NCBI GenBank assembly: GCA_028534125.1
Contig: CM052817.1
Location: forward strand, 74,650,109-74,714,000
Direction: 5' to 3'
DNA from: Lama glama
Lineage: Eukaryota
DNA length: 63,892 nt
The notes under the pieces were generated by a model, which was given only the letters and a program-made list of their open reading frames with translations, made no database searches and was not told the origin of the DNA. Positions 10,935 to 24,689 of the stretch are shown piece by piece. Every line of letters starts with the position of its first letter. Position 1 is the first letter of the stretch. Both the position numbers and the translations under genes were made by a program.

Positions 10935-12400
10935 ATTCATTCTTTTATTCAACAGATTTTTTTTATTGAAAACATACTATGCATCGGGCACTATGCTCTT
11001 GTACCCTGGGGATATGCAGATACAGGAGACCATGGGAGGACTCTGGGTTTAAGAGGATTAGACTGATAGAAAACAAATTAGTTTCAGTAAGTACAATATA
11101 GTGCTGTGAATTCTGTGAGTGCTGTGACAGAGATATGCAGAGTGCCCTGAACAGGCATTTGGAAGTGGCCATTTCTACATGGGGACAAACGACTAGAGAG
11201 GCTTCATAGAGAAGGTAACATCAGAGGAGTCAGTGTAGACAGGGGCCAGACCATGGAGGGCTGTTTGCCATCCTAAGGAGTATGAACCATTTTCTCTTCA
11301 AGGTTGTTTTAAACAAAGGAGTGATGTGATGAGGAGAAAGCTCTCATAGTCTAAAAGGATGGATCTGAGGTGTGAGACAGGCATAACAGATTAGAAGATA
11401 TTGGGTGATCTTTTTTAGGAGAAGTTGAGGACTTTACACCAAAGTGGTGGCAGTGAGATGAAGAAAAGTGATTTGTCACACAGGTGTTAAGGTGGTAGAA
11501 TCTCTCAGATTCTACTGTCTCTAGATGGTGGGGAAATGGGAAGATGGCATAGGGACTTTAAAGGAGAAGCACATTTGAGGACCAAGGATGATAGAGTTCA
11601 GGTTTGGACATGGAGAATATGAAGTGCTTACAGGAAATCTAACTGGAGATGAGTGTCCAGTGGATCCATTGCTCAGCAGTTCAGAGCAGAGAGGGCTGGG
11701 CTAGATAGTTAGGTAGATAAATGGATGGATGGATGGACTGCTTTATCTCTTTTCAACATATGGGTAGTTGAAAAAAAAAAGACACAGGATGTCAGTAGGT
11801 CTTCTAGGACAAGTTCAAAGAGTAATAAAGAAATAGAGGCTTAAAATCAAAGTGTTGGGTAGACAAATAGGGAGCAGTAAAGAATGAGACTGTACAGAGT
11901 GAAATCTGGAGGAGACTAAGGGGAGGGGAGCTTTTAGTAGCTGAAGGGGAAAAGAATTTCAAGAAATGAGAAGGTAAGTCCTAAAATAGGGCGTATCAGA
12001 CAGTCCTGGTCCTGCCCCTGACTAGCTCTATGACTTTGAACTCAGAACTTAGTTCCCTTTCCTCATTTACATAATGAGGATCAAAGTGCAACTTCCTAGG
12101 GCCACTGGGAGGATCAAGTGAGATAAAGTCTATGAAGCTTAGTGACTGGAAGTTTACTGGTTTGTGTTCAGTAAGTGCTAGCTGTTTTAGTGGAAAGCAG
12201 AACTTGGATTTAGTGATGAGGAGGTCTGTGGATACTACTGGCTTTCAGCAGTGCTTGCTCTCAGGTTTAGGAAGGGTGAGTACAAGGTATATTTAGAGGT
12301 GGAAACTTGATCATATTTATAGCCTTTGGGGAGGAAGCCAGTACAATAGCAATTGAAAATTTTGAAGGGAGCAGAGAGAGCCATTGGAACACGGTCCTTG
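10935..12400 (-). mobile_element. LINE-2 element, antisense, interrupted by a MIR
   Basis: Starts 'attcattcttttattcaacagattttttt attg...actatgcatcgggcactatgct'; continues with 'gggccagaccatggagggc', 'gagttcaggtttggacatg' and 'ggatttagtgatgaggaggtc'. Confidence 0.8.
11985..12187 (+). mobile_element. MIR SINE inserted in L2
   Basis: 'cctgactagctctatgactttg...tttcctcatttacataatgagga...gaggatcaagtgagataa...cagtaagtgctagctg'. Confidence 0.7.
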
Positions 12401-15400
12401 AAGGGGGAAGTGGTTGTTGCATCAGGATCTCTGGGGAGATGTCAGCTTCCTCAAGACAAGCCGTGTTTTCACCAGCCTGGGCGTCCATAGCATCTTTGTT
12501 GCTTTTTAAAAGCACCCGGTAGTCAAATCACAGACATTTTTAAAGTATTATTTAAGATTTCTTGGTATTTAAGCGAGTTCTAGTTTGTTAGATAATCTAA
12601 TAAGGACAAAGTGTATTTATTTTAAAAGAACCTGAAAACAAAAACAATAAAAAACAAGATAGATGATAGTAAAACTGAACAAAATATAATTTAATGTTTG
12701 ATTCAGAAGGCACTTACGTATCTTACGGGGTCTTAAAAATCAACACTATGGAAAGCAAATATTAACCTGTGTGATGGAGAAGGACTGATTTGTAGATTTC
12801 TTAAAAAATTGAGCCAACTGTAGTAATATTTTAAACTATCTACTTTTTTTCTTAGGATTTTCTCTATTTGAATGAAGTAATGCTTTACATTAGAGATGAA
12901 TATCTAAAATTAGATTTCTATTTTAGTATGTATATGGATTTTTACCTTGTCATTAGTGGGTATTTTGAAAAAAACATTTACATATATGAATTGGTTTGGG
13001 AACCAATCAACAATTGAACATAGTGCATAATGGTTGCTAATTGGTTGTTAAGCATATTGGTGGTAAATTGGCTATAAATAATATCTTTTTTTTTTAATTC
13101 AAAGTAGTAAGCCTGCTTCAGTACATACTTATCAGTATTCACCACATCCTTTATTTATATAGCAGATAGAGGAGTACATAGTTTTTAGGATGCCCAATAA
13201 TTTTTTTTTTGAATAAAATGAAATTAGATGTTCAGTATTTTTAAGGTGAACTGAATGAAGTTCATTATGTATGTAGTTTTTTATCTTTGATGATTTGTTT
13301 CCCTGAAATTCTGTAGCTACATTTTTTATCAAGAGCTCTCTACTTTGGAGTTGAGTTTTGGTCTGTTGTGCTAACTCCCTCATCGTGGATGGTCCCACTG
13401 TTACAGAGCTCAGTGGTCAGTGCAGGTGATATTCAGTTTAGGACTTCTGACAGTTCCATGTTGTATATTCACCAGCTCAGTTTTAGACGCTATACTGTCC
13501 TGCTCAGGACTCCCTTATAGAGATGACAGATGCCACATTGAAATTGACTTACATGGAGGTCAGCTTTTAAGAGTGCAGAGCCCAAACAAAAATGGAACCT
13601 TTGGATTTATGAATGGCAGGGTATCTAGGACAGCCTAGTTCGGGTCCTACTCTCTGGCTGGAAATTTATATAAGCGTTAATACATTCAGATTAAACAGAA
13701 AAAATGTGCAGATAGGAACATTTCAGAGATACTGTGTGTTTTGCTAATAGTGTCGTGACACTTGTCTGAATTACTAATAATGGAAACAGTCTCTATATTG
13801 GTCTTATTTTGGAGATAATCATTTCCCTTGACTTGATTTAGATAAGAGAAATGCACCTACAAGTATTCCATTTCCCTAAATAAACTTACATTGTAACTGA
13901 TTTGGTAAATATTTGCCTGATTTGGGAATATTATTAATACAAATATATGTGTAAACTTATTTTGACTTTTCAATTCTGTCTCAGATTTAATACTTGAAAT
14001 ATATCCAAGACACCTTGTTATAACTTTTTAGCTATAACATTGGCTATTACTTGCTTTATTAGTAATCATGGGGCTGATTTTCCTCCAAGCAAGATAATTT
14101 AAATAATATGTTCCGATGGACTTAAAATTGTTTTAAAAAGTAGAATCAAGTGTACAGATATGCTGAATTTTCTGTAGTATGTTCCTGAAAAAAAGTATAA
14201 AATCAGTTTTTATAAATTGAGTATTTATAGAATTTAAAATTTTCAAGACAGTTGAAAATAAGGCAATTTTAACTCCTTTAAAATATAGGTGATGGGTATG
14301 CAGTTTTTTTTACATTAATCTTTATACTTTTCTTTGTGTTTGAAACAGTTGACAGCCCCCCAAAAATGGACAGTGATTTTAAAGTGTATCTTACTTTAAA
14401 TGTACCCTGAGCCTTTGCTGTTTAAATTAGTCTCAAAGAACATCAGAAGAATTCCCATTTTGATTAATCTGTTTTGCAAATTCAAATTTTCCTAATTGGC
14501 TCAAGACAAATACACAACAACAACAAAACTTGAGCACACCCCTGTTCCACATTGTCAATATAGTTACATCCACCAAAATTTCTTAAACTTGTTAGAGATA
14601 CAGGCTCAGTCTGATTCTAGACCTCATCCCCCTCGTAACATCCCTTATTCAGAAGGGAAGGCATTGACAGGGAGAAGTTTGTTTTGTTTTGTTTTGTTTT
14701 TTAAACCAGTGACGGAATGAGCCATCCAGCGTGCTGCCTTCCTGCTTGGAGTGAGCTGCTCTGAGCCCAGGCTGTCCTGGCAGGACCTGCAGGCCCTTCG
14801 CTGTGGCTTCTCCCGAAGAAGAAGGCCATGTGCTTTACATAGTCTTTGCATTTGTGCTGCTGTACCCGTGGGTCATTTGTACTCCCCAGCCAATCAGGAG
14901 AGCAGGGCTTAGAGGGAAACTAGTCAAACAGGTTTGCCTATCTATTTAGAAGGGGTGGGGGTGCAGTGAAATGCGTAGATAAGGTCAAGGGTGAAACTGT
15001 TTTAAGGAATATTAATGTAAATCACTGACTGCTTTCTCCTGGTTTTGAAAATACTTTGGGGACATTTGTGAAAATGTATCTTAATGGAGCTAAAGTGAGA
15101 GTAAGGGAAACCAGAAAGAGAAGTAAATAAGAAACAGGGAACTAGAAGAAGATGGGGAGTGGGAATGGAAAAACTGTAGTGGAGGGAAAAAATAAAAACA
15201 AACAAGAGGGAAAGGACAAGTGTTTGAATGTCCTGGTGGGCTTTGTGTGAACTGGGTGCATCGTGGCAGGAAACCATAGTATTGATCTGAGCATGAGTTT
15301 AATTAAAACAAATGCCTGTTGTCCTCAGCATTCCAAAGAGGGAACACTCCACTGGCTCAGGGCTGAGGTTTCCTAGGAATATTGATGGGAGAATGTTGTG

Positions 15401-15759
15401 GTTACCATCTCTGACTCTACCTGTGTGCTGGGAATACTTAGTTCCCTAGAACAAGAGTGAAACGTTACCTTCATACAGCTCTGTCGTAGTTTGCAAATTG
15501 CTTACTCACACATTCTGTCATTGTATTCTTATTCTGCCCCCTTCAAACGTTGTTCAGTAGGTTGTCATGTGTTACAAACCATGACTTAGGGGAGCAGAGC
15601 TCTGAAGTCACCAGGACGGTCTGCAGGGGATTTGATGTTTGTACCTGAGCTCCTGGCCATTCACTTTCACGTGGGAAATCCTGCCTTTCAGGGCTTCTCT
15701 TGTCCCGCTGCCTTCCTGCTGCTGTTGGGGTATCAAGCCCCATTTGACGCCCCCAGGCG

Positions 15760-16055
15760 TTTGCTTCAGGATCTCCTCCACCTTAACTGTCCTGCCTTTT
15801 CTCCTCTGTGCTTTCAAATTCTCACCCTTCATGGTTTTGACACTGAAGTCCCACCTCAGACTTTTGGTTCTCGCTCTCTTTTACTCTTCTGTGAGTTTCA
15901 TCCCCACGAATGTTCATGATCCTCTCACACTTAGTTAATTCTCCCTCTCAGAAGAGTGTGAGCTCTTAGGGGGTGGACTCTCACTCTTAGTTTCATCCTA
16001 ATACCCTGGACAAACATGCTAATCTGAGATAAGGTACTTACCGGTAATTGAATGG
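15760..16055 (+). mobile_element. LINE-2 3' fragment
   Basis: 'gagtgtgagctcttagggggtggactc' and a preceding pyrimidine-rich L2-like stretch. Confidence 0.4.
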
Positions 16056-17644
16056 TACCTTCAGTGACTCATAAAGTAGCAAGGGACGAACCTAAAATTC
16101 TGTATGTGTAGTGATGCTTTTTTCCTTTTTTTTTTTCCAAAATGGTGTTATTCAAACTTCAAATATTCCCTTTGTTTTTAAAGGAAATGTTCTATATAGA
16201 CTGCTGTCATTTAGTCACAACAGGAAAAAAAAAGTTTGGTCTGTAGAAAGGTCATATTATAGGTCTTTGAAGTCTTCATGGTAAAATTTATAATAATTTA
16301 ATAGATTTTTCTTTTAGAATTTACTTGGGACTTCTAAACGATGGAAGTACATTCACAGCTAATTATAGGAAAGGCAATAAGAGGAATCAATGACAGATAA
16401 TTAAGTGTATTAGTTTTTAGTTTGCAGTTATATTTGAGTATAAGTATATCTGATGTCAAGAAACAGTAGTTGGAGAGAAAACTAACTACGTGTATTAGGA
16501 AGATCTGACTTTGGAAATGTTCCAATTGCTTCCTCTCCTGCCTCTTGTATTCCCCCACCGGCCTCCCTCCTTACCCAAGACCTTTTATACCAATTAAATG
16601 GAAGCATCAGCTTAGGCAGAGTTCCTTTTTATCCCTCTTCTGTGCTTATTTCCTCCTTTCATAATTGCCAGAATTCTCTAGTTCAGACTGTCTCGTCTCC
16701 CATCTCCTTCTGGGCAGGGAAGTAGGAGTAGGAATAGGAATAAGAATAGATTTTAAGGAAGCCCTTCAGCAGAAAAATAAATGAAGAGAAATTAACAGGT
16801 TAGGTAAGACTATTAAGAAGAATCGATGCCTGAGCCTGTTATTTGCCAGTTTTAAATAATTCTTGAGACCAGTGAAACGTAACTCTTATTTTGATCAGTT
16901 AGACCTTTTCTGAGCATATGCTTTGGAATATGCTTTTTTTCAAATTTCTAAACAATAAAAAATATGCCAAAACGAGCTCCTCTGGCTGCCTGCTCCCTCT
17001 TTCTTCCGTCCCATCCTTTCTTTCTCTCCTCTACACCTGTCTGCTTTTCCAGAGATAATGTCCCTGGTTTGGGTGGGGAGTTGATTTGTTTACAGATTGT
17101 TGGGGAAGGATGTGGGTAGAGGACATGGGGTGGGGGTGGGGATGGAGTCACCACACCATCACTAGTGTAGGATCTGGTCATTTTATTCAAATCACTCTCT
17201 ATAGTGATTGTCTAGCCTCCTTATGGACCCTAAATGCTTTATGCTTTCTCATCGTTATCTTTACCAGTAGAAATAATTCAGCTTATTATTTTGATACTAT
17301 ATACGCGTTCCTACTCCTTTTCCTACTCTCTATTCACAAGGGTGTGTAAGGGGAGACATTTGGAAGGAGACCTGTCGAATTCCTGGAGGTTTGTGTAGTG
17401 AGCATGTGTAACACATAAGAATTTCTTCAGCCATTTGTTCAACAAGCAGCCTATTATATGGTAGAACTCTTCTGCCTTAGAATCAAAATACACTAATTTT
17501 TAATCTAGTATAAAATTTAAAGGTTTATGTGTAAAAGTTTAAGCAGGCTTTTCAAGGACTGCTGTTTTGATTTGAGATTCCCAGAATTCAAGACGTAATC
17601 GGTCTATGATTTGACATATGGCAGTGGCAACTTTGGAGAGTCTT

Positions 17645-17835
17645 TATACGGTACTGGTAAGAGATACTGGATTAGGACCCAGGAAACCTGAGTGCTAGTT
17701 CCGACTCTGCCAGTGAGTAACTAGGAGCTGGCTAAGTGATGCTTGGCAACCACCTTCTGGAGACTTTGTCCTGTTCTCTACAAATGAGATGGTTTGGACT
17801 CAGTTATCTTTAGTTTTTAAATTGGGACTCTGATT
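17645..17835 (+). mobile_element. MIR SINE
   Basis: 'actggattaggacccaggaaacctgagtgctagttccgactctgcc...ctacaaatgagatggtttggact'. Confidence 0.6.
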
Positions 17836-18916
17836 TATTTCATAGAGTTTGAAAATATATATTTTTTAAAAAATATTTGGCATCATTTCATAGCAAATAT
17901 ATTAAGTTCAAATGTTTAAGTATACTTATGTTTGCAAGACTAATAACAATGGTGATGGTATACGAAAGACTCTCTGGACTTGCTTCATTGTGCTGAGTTT
18001 GCTTAGAAGACACAAAACGACATTTTCACTTGTTAATAAGGGAACATCAGAGAAATGCATTGTCTTTCTGCAGAACCTACCAAAATCTTCCTCTTCCGGG
18101 GAATAATATAACTTGGCTGACTTATCTAATACTCCATAGCAACCTTCTTTTCATGATTTTACTAGCATTTTATGAGACAGCGATGGGGAATTTTGTTATT
18201 TGTTCACTCTCCAGGACTTGTAAGGAATTGAATAGGGAAATATTCAGAATTTTAAAAAATTTGTTCTTTGGTTATATTTGGCCTGACATTTTTGATCCTA
18301 AACCATGTTTAAGATGTCACGTAGGAATTTATTTTGTGACTCGTAATAATGTTAATGTAGATAATGTTTAAAAATCAACTTAAAGTAGTAATAAGTGGGA
18401 GAAACAATCCCATAATCTATTGTGATCTGAGACATTTCTGAAGCCTCAAGATTCTCTAAGTATTGGTGTATTGAAAAGCTGTTCCTCCCACATGTAAATT
18501 TGTCTCATGGTGGGAAAGATGAAAATTTGATACGGATTTCCTCCACATTCACTGTGGTATTCTGCTAATTAAAATCCCAATAAAAGAGAGTTATAAAAAG
18601 TCCTACGAAACCATTTTAAAACATTAATCGAACACCAGTTTTTTTAAGAAAGCATTTACCTATCAGAACTTAAAGCCTCATAAAAACTCGGCTGTATGAT
18701 TTATGAAACTTTCCTCATTTGTTTAAGGATGAGATCAGAATCAAACAAAGAGTTTCCTCATCGTTTGCTGAATGTTGATCACATGACGCAGATGCATGGT
18801 GAGAACTGGTACCAAGCTGGTCTTGAGGAGGAGCAGAAAAAGAAACCCACACTTTATCTATGTATAGCTGTATCTATAAACTGCCATTCTTTGAAATTGC
18901 AAACTTTTTTCTCTGT

Positions 18917-19099
18917 CAGTGATTCTCAAAATAGTCCCTGGACCAGCAGCATCAATACCACTTGGGAATTTGTTAGATATGCAGATTCTTGGGCCCATCC
19001 CAGATCTATAGAATCAGGAACGGAGGGCAGGCCTAACAGTCTTTTTTATAACAAGCTCTCCTGGTGATTCTGATGCATGCTCAAGTTTGAGAACCACTG
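18917..19099. mobile_element. MER5A DNA transposon (hAT-Charlie MITE), full length
   Basis: Terminal inverted repeats cagtgattctcaaa...tttgagaaccactg; internal 'ggaccagcagcatca...ttgttagatatgcagattcttgggccc'. Confidence 0.9.
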
Positions 19100-19315
19100 A
19101 TCTGTGATACTAACTATAGTCTGTTCCAATGTTCTCATATGATGAAATAATTTCTAATCATTTTAGGGACAAAAGAAAAATTCAGTATAAATTTCAGAAT
19201 AGTTTCCTGGTTAACTCTTTCATGGTTGGTTATAAAAACTTCAATTCCTGATATTGATTATATTTTATTTACTATATGGTTGTTCAGGGGTATTCAAGTG
19301 TTCTTAGTTCTGCCA

Positions 19316-19334
19316 ACACACACACACACACACA
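19316..19334. repeat. (CA)n microsatellite
   Basis: Run of ac/ca dinucleotides. Confidence 0.85.
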
Positions 19335-19427
19335 GGTGCTCCTCTGCTTATTAAAAGACAACAATAAAAAGTGGATTGGATTTGTTTACTTTTGTGTATT
19401 TTGCTATGACTTTGTGTAACGGTAGCC

Positions 19428-19616
19428 CAGTGGTTCACAATATCATAATTCCCTGGGGAACATTTAGAAAGGAAATAAAAAATGCCAAGACCTAGGCCTC
19501 ATCTGTATAAGTTCTACTTTAATTGATCTCGGTTGGGGGGTGGCAGGTTTTCAGGCATCTTCAGTTTTCACAGGCTCCCCAGGTGATTATAATGAGCTGT
19601 CAGAGTTGAGAGCCTG
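19428..19616. mobile_element. MER5-family (MER5B-like) DNA transposon
   Basis: 'cagtggttc...ctccccaggtgattataatg...gagttgagagcctg'. Confidence 0.7.
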
Positions 19617-19842
19617 GAATGTAGCCATACATTCCAAGATTTGCTCACCTACCATGGATCAGTTCCTTAAAAAAATGTTAAATCTGTTGGGTCCTCTCAT
19701 TATTTTAAGCAAATTGCCTATTGTGTATGTGTGATTAAAAAATAATTTGTTTTCCAGCAGGTTATTGATATTGTTGACTGGTTGACCACGTCATTAGTCA
19801 TGCGTTATGACTCTTCATTCTAGCTTTGGGCTTTATTCTAAA

Positions 19843-20017
19843 GCCTTGCTTCCTCAGTGCAGTGCATGCACCTGCAGCAACCAGCAACCCGTGTCACCAG
19901 AGAGCTTGTTAGAAAGAGAGAATCTGGGGTCCCACACCAGATACACTGAGTCAGAATTTGCATTTGAATACTACCCCTATGAAATTAGTCTTCACAGTAA
20001 CAGTTCTCTAGAACATT
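19843..20017. mobile_element. MER5A1-like DNA transposon
   Basis: 'gagcttgttagaaa...gaatctggggtcccacaccagatacactgagtcagaatttgcattt'. Confidence 0.7.
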
Positions 20018-20159
20018 AAGTTTAAAATCAAGGTAAATTTTAGTTTTCTTCACTGTTTTCTTAGCATCCATTGATCTGGTCTTAACTTCTTTCATGAACA
20101 AAATCATATCAATCTCATTTAAACCTATTCTTAAACCCATTTTCCACTAAGCTTTACAA

Positions 20160-20270
20160 GTGTAAGCGATCTTCAAGGCCAATCTAATTTAATAGCCTCA
20201 CTTGGCAGGTGAAGGAAATTAGTGCAGAGAAATTAAATGACTTGGCCTGAATTACAAAGGTTATGGATTT
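20160..20270 (-). mobile_element. MIR fragment
   Basis: 'caggtgaaggaaattagtgcagagaaattaaatgacttggcc'. Confidence 0.5.
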
Positions 20271-22129
20271 GGGCATCCATAGATGCATGCCATGTGTGTA
20301 CGTATATATATATTTTTTCCTTTAATTATAGAGACTTTGTGATAGGGTCATTTAAAGTAATATTATTACATATCATTACTTGAAACATGAGCTACCTGAA
20401 AAGACAGTCTTAGGTTACCCGAATATAACATATCCAAAACACCAAAATTTTAAATACACATTGACATGTATTTAAGTTATGTAAACTAATATTAATAATA
20501 CTTTACTAGTACACTAATATTTCAAATTACCTTCAAATTGTATGTAATTTGTATAATCAAGTGATAATGGGAAAGTAGAATATGTGATATTAAACTGAAT
20601 GAAAATTGAAAGGTATGGCCATGTCTTTATACATTGCTAAACTTGTATGCATGTGCTCCTGAGAGATTGCAGGTACTTTATTACAGGACATTTAAAAAGG
20701 GGGACTGTAAAGAGTTCCTCAGGACCATGGGGACTGAGCATTGTCCTTTTCTGAATCCGCAGGACAGTTGAGCTTTATCAGGCCTTTGTATTGCAGATCC
20801 AAACACCTGCTGCATCTCTTACATTTCTCTTGTGCATAAGGATTCATTGTGAGTTCCTTGTCTCTCAGTCTGACAGTTGAATTGTATCAGAATCTTTAGC
20901 TGCTTTTTTACAATTGCAGATTTTGGAATTTCTCCCCAGACTTAAGAATAGCCTGTGTGTTGAAAAGACCCCAGAATGTGCATTTTTAGTTAGTATCCTG
21001 GGTGTTTCTTTTGGACACTTGACATTTGAGAACCATTTCATTAGGTGATTAAATTTATGTTTAATGTAGTTAAATTTAATTGCCATCATCAATCATTGCT
21101 TGAATACAAATAATATATTAGGTACTGAGTGCAATATCTGTTGGTATCCATATTGTCCAATTTTTTCTTCTCTATTTTCTTGTGTTTCTCTTACATTCCC
21201 ACCTGATGATTTTGGGGTATCCCAGGCGGGCCTGGGCCAGCTGTCACTGATAAGCCAATAGCATCAAGTTTCTCAGTGCAGCTTCACTACCTGGACTATA
21301 GATGTCTGGGAAGAGGTAACTGCAGGTGCTGGCAGTGTAGAAACGTGGTTAAGTGCAGCTGGCTTGGCGTGCTACAACAGCAACAACAGTATACAACAAC
21401 AGAAACATTTCTTATAACTTCTCCTTCAAGAGGAGGTGTGTTTTGTGTACCCCTGGGCACTCATCAAAGTCCCAACTGCAGAATTAGATTTTTTGAATGG
21501 TACTGCTGATGGTTTTTTTCCCTCAGTACTTTGTATTTCTGAAGTTAAGGTGGGTACTTCCATACAAATAAATGTCTTTAATTTTTCTGAGTGAATCAAA
21601 CCATTAGTTTGGTAAAGTTGCAGACTTTGAAAAATCTGAGAGTTACCTACCTTTATTTATTAACAATTAACAGCCAACAGCCAACCGAATGTAGGTTTTT
21701 CATCCAGTTTGCACTCTTAATTAATTAAATATGCCAGACTATCGCCAGATCACAGCTTTTTTTCGGGTTGGAAGGATTATTAACCCTCAACTGGTGGCCT
21801 TAATTTTCTGAATGATCTCTCCCTATCCCCCAACCCCAAGTCAGTGTGTTCCCATTTCACAGTGTGATTCTAGGGCACTCCTTTCTTTAGGAGTTTACTT
21901 GCAAATAGACAGTCACAATGAACTTCAGAACACAAGATATTTCTTACATGGGAAAGATAAATGTTTAAACCTGGGCCGTTTAACAACTCTATAGCAATAA
22001 AGCTGAGTTTTCGCCCAATTTGCCCTCAGTTACAATCTGTTTTTTCAGATTTGTTATCTTCCTCTCTTTGCTTGCTATGATAAAAGTGGATTAAAAATGG
22101 GTATGAAGCTCTGCAATACACTAAATGTT

Positions 22130-22322
22130 AGATCTTGCTCAAGTTTTTACCTGATTCTTAGTCTCAATCTTATTCTCCTTATCTGTAAGTGGGAACAACT
22201 ATTTTTGCCTTTGCGTGTTTTCTCAGGATAAAATGAGATAATGCTCATAAAGCCTGTAATGCAGGAAAGGTACATAGTACATAGTACATAAAACAGTTCT
22301 GTTTAAGAGCTGCTGTTTATTA
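22130..22322 (+). mobile_element. MIR SINE
   Basis: 'ctccttatctgtaagtgggaac...aggataaaatgagataatgctcataaagc'. Confidence 0.55.
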
Positions 22323-22334
22323 GAGAGTTTTATG

Positions 22335-22895
22335 TTAGGATATAGGTGTCAAGATGTGGGGTGACCTGCTCCTTCTGGCTCACCCAGGACTTTCTCAGTT
22401 TTAGCACTGGCAGTCTCACATCCTGGAAAGGCTCCCATTTCTGGGATGGCTGGTCACCCTGGTGCTGGCAACAGAGATTCAAATAACAATGGCTTCAGAA
22501 AGGTGGTTGAGTTCCTTGCAGATAATGGTTCTAATGGGCAGAAGCAGGCAGGGCTGATCTCCCGGTTCCACAGCTTCGACTGAAGTATCTTTGTTGTTAC
22601 ACCTTTCCTGGTTTATACTTCTGTCCCATGGTCCAGGATGTTAATCATTACCATGTCCTCATTCCAGCCAGCAGGAAGGGGAAAAGTGAAACCGCTAAGG
22701 GCAAAAATTAGAAATTGCACACATCACTCTGCTTCCATCTCGTGCCCATGTTCTAGAATTTACTTATGTGGCTAAAACCAGCCCCTGGAGAGGCTGGAAA
22801 ATATCTTTAGTCTTTTTGACTGTGGGCCAAGCTAAAGTAGAGGATTCCATTACTAGAAAAGAGAAGAAAAATATATTCCACTGTTGTCTCTTGTA
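22335..22895 (-). mobile_element. MaLR LTR (MLT1J/K-like) interrupted by MER96
   Basis: 'caacagagattcaaataacaatggctt', 'cattccagccagcaggaagg' and 'cacatcactctgcttccatctc...gaggctggaaaat'. Confidence 0.6.
22358..22461. mobile_element. MER96-like hAT-Tip100 MITE
   Basis: Inverted ends gggtgacc...ggtcaccc and core 'caggactttctcagttttagcactggcagtctcacatcctggaa'. Confidence 0.75.
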
Positions 22896-24689
22896 TGTGT
22901 ATGAATGGCATTCAACAAATTCCAGTTTCCTTTCCTGTTCTAGTTAATTAATAAAATGATCATTTTCCTGGCCATTTACAATATTGCTGTGAATATGTAG
23001 GAAGTTAACAAATAAGATGAAAAAAGACCCCTAGAATTAAGGAAAAGCTGTAATGAAATCTATACTTTGACTTGATACTTTCTTTCTCCCATTACCCTAG
23101 AAAATTTGTCCATAAATGAGATATATAACTAACTTCAGGGCCTCAGGCAAAGACTATTGATTCAGAATTTTGTTCAGAATTAAAGCAATTGATATAATTA
23201 CAAGTTCATTCATTTAAAATCAAAGGGAAAAAAATGAGGCCATTAGTGGAGGTGCCTGTTGTCCAATTACATATCCTGATGCAAAATCACAATCATAGCC
23301 ATCGTTCAATAAATCTTTAGTGAGCTTTCACTATATGCTTAGGCAATGGGATTAAAACAGTTATCAATTTTTACTACAGTTTCTACCCTTTTGGAGTTTA
23401 ATTTGCATTAGGGAGAGGAAAAATAGATTTTTAAAATAAAATCAATATTTATTTAAAAACACTAGTAAAGTAAAAACGTTTAATAAAAAGTAAAAAAATA
23501 AAAGCCTAGTTAGGCTTTACTTTGATGGATTTATTTTTTATTCTGTTTTTATTTTATTGGATGGTATTTTCCAGAGCTTTATTTTAGAAGGTATTTTGAA
23601 GAAAGATGAAATTACTCCACAATATTTCATATAGTACCAAGATCGACCTGTGGTGGCAGTTATGACTGATATATTTTCTCTTCTTATTGCAGTCCACGTA
23701 ACACTAAATGTCAAGGAAACTTAAAAGCACAAAGAAGTTCATCTGTTGAGTTTGCTAGACTACATAATCTGCTTTGAGGACTAAATCATTCACTTTATTT
23801 TTCTAAATAGCCCATTTCACCACGTACAGACATGACCTGAAATTTCCCATTAGCCCTTAATTTTGTTTTTCTTAATGCCAAAACACTTTGATTAATTCCT
23901 TCTTAAAAAGATAGACAATGAATTTTTGTGCTGCTGGGATGCTACACTGTCAAAAGCTAAGTTCTTTCCCGTGGTTTGTGTGCCTGTCATTTTTTTTTCC
24001 TAATATAGTTCATTCTCATGTATGCTTTCCAGTTCAGAGTTATTAGTGATCCAACCGCAAACAGAAAAAAAACAGGGAAATGATTCTTTCAAATGGTGGC
24101 CAAGGTGATGCCCCTACTTTTTAAAAAAATTTTTTTAATAAGTAGATGGAAATAGTAAGGTTGCCAGAAGTCTAGTATGGTGTTAGGCTCTGATATTTGA
24201 GAAAATGGGAAAAATAGGAAATCATAAAGTCTATTTGTCATCTTTAAAAATCTCAGTAGTATGTTGGGGTGTTCCTGTGTCAAGTTTCAGCCTGTGTGAA
24301 CCCATTGTTCCTCAGGAGCTGGAGCAATATACAGCTAATCTAATTTTTCCTGGTGCTCTTAAGGGTTTAGAACCTTTCTTTGGGCCTTGGAGGGATCACC
24401 TTTGCAAATGAATGTTTCGCATGTGCAGCATTTAGGTACAGCGCCACCCCAATATCCTTGTCATTTTGCCCAAATTAATTCACACTTAAATGTTGAATGG
24501 CTCCCATATAGTGAGGGGTGGGCATACTTACTAAATTGGCATTGTTTCCTGTCTTGAATGCAGGCCTAGAAAAATTTGTTATATAAAATAGGAGAAAGGG
24601 TGGTCTGATACACAAAATGAAATTTGTTTAGAGTCTTTGAATTTTGTATTTTATTCAATATTCTGGCAGTGAGATAGAGTCAGGTAGCA

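Noticed and set aside
16031..16061. Nested palindrome aaggtac-ttaccggtaa-...-gtacctt
   Set aside because: Short arms, plausible by chance in 64 kb, and lies at a decayed L2 end.
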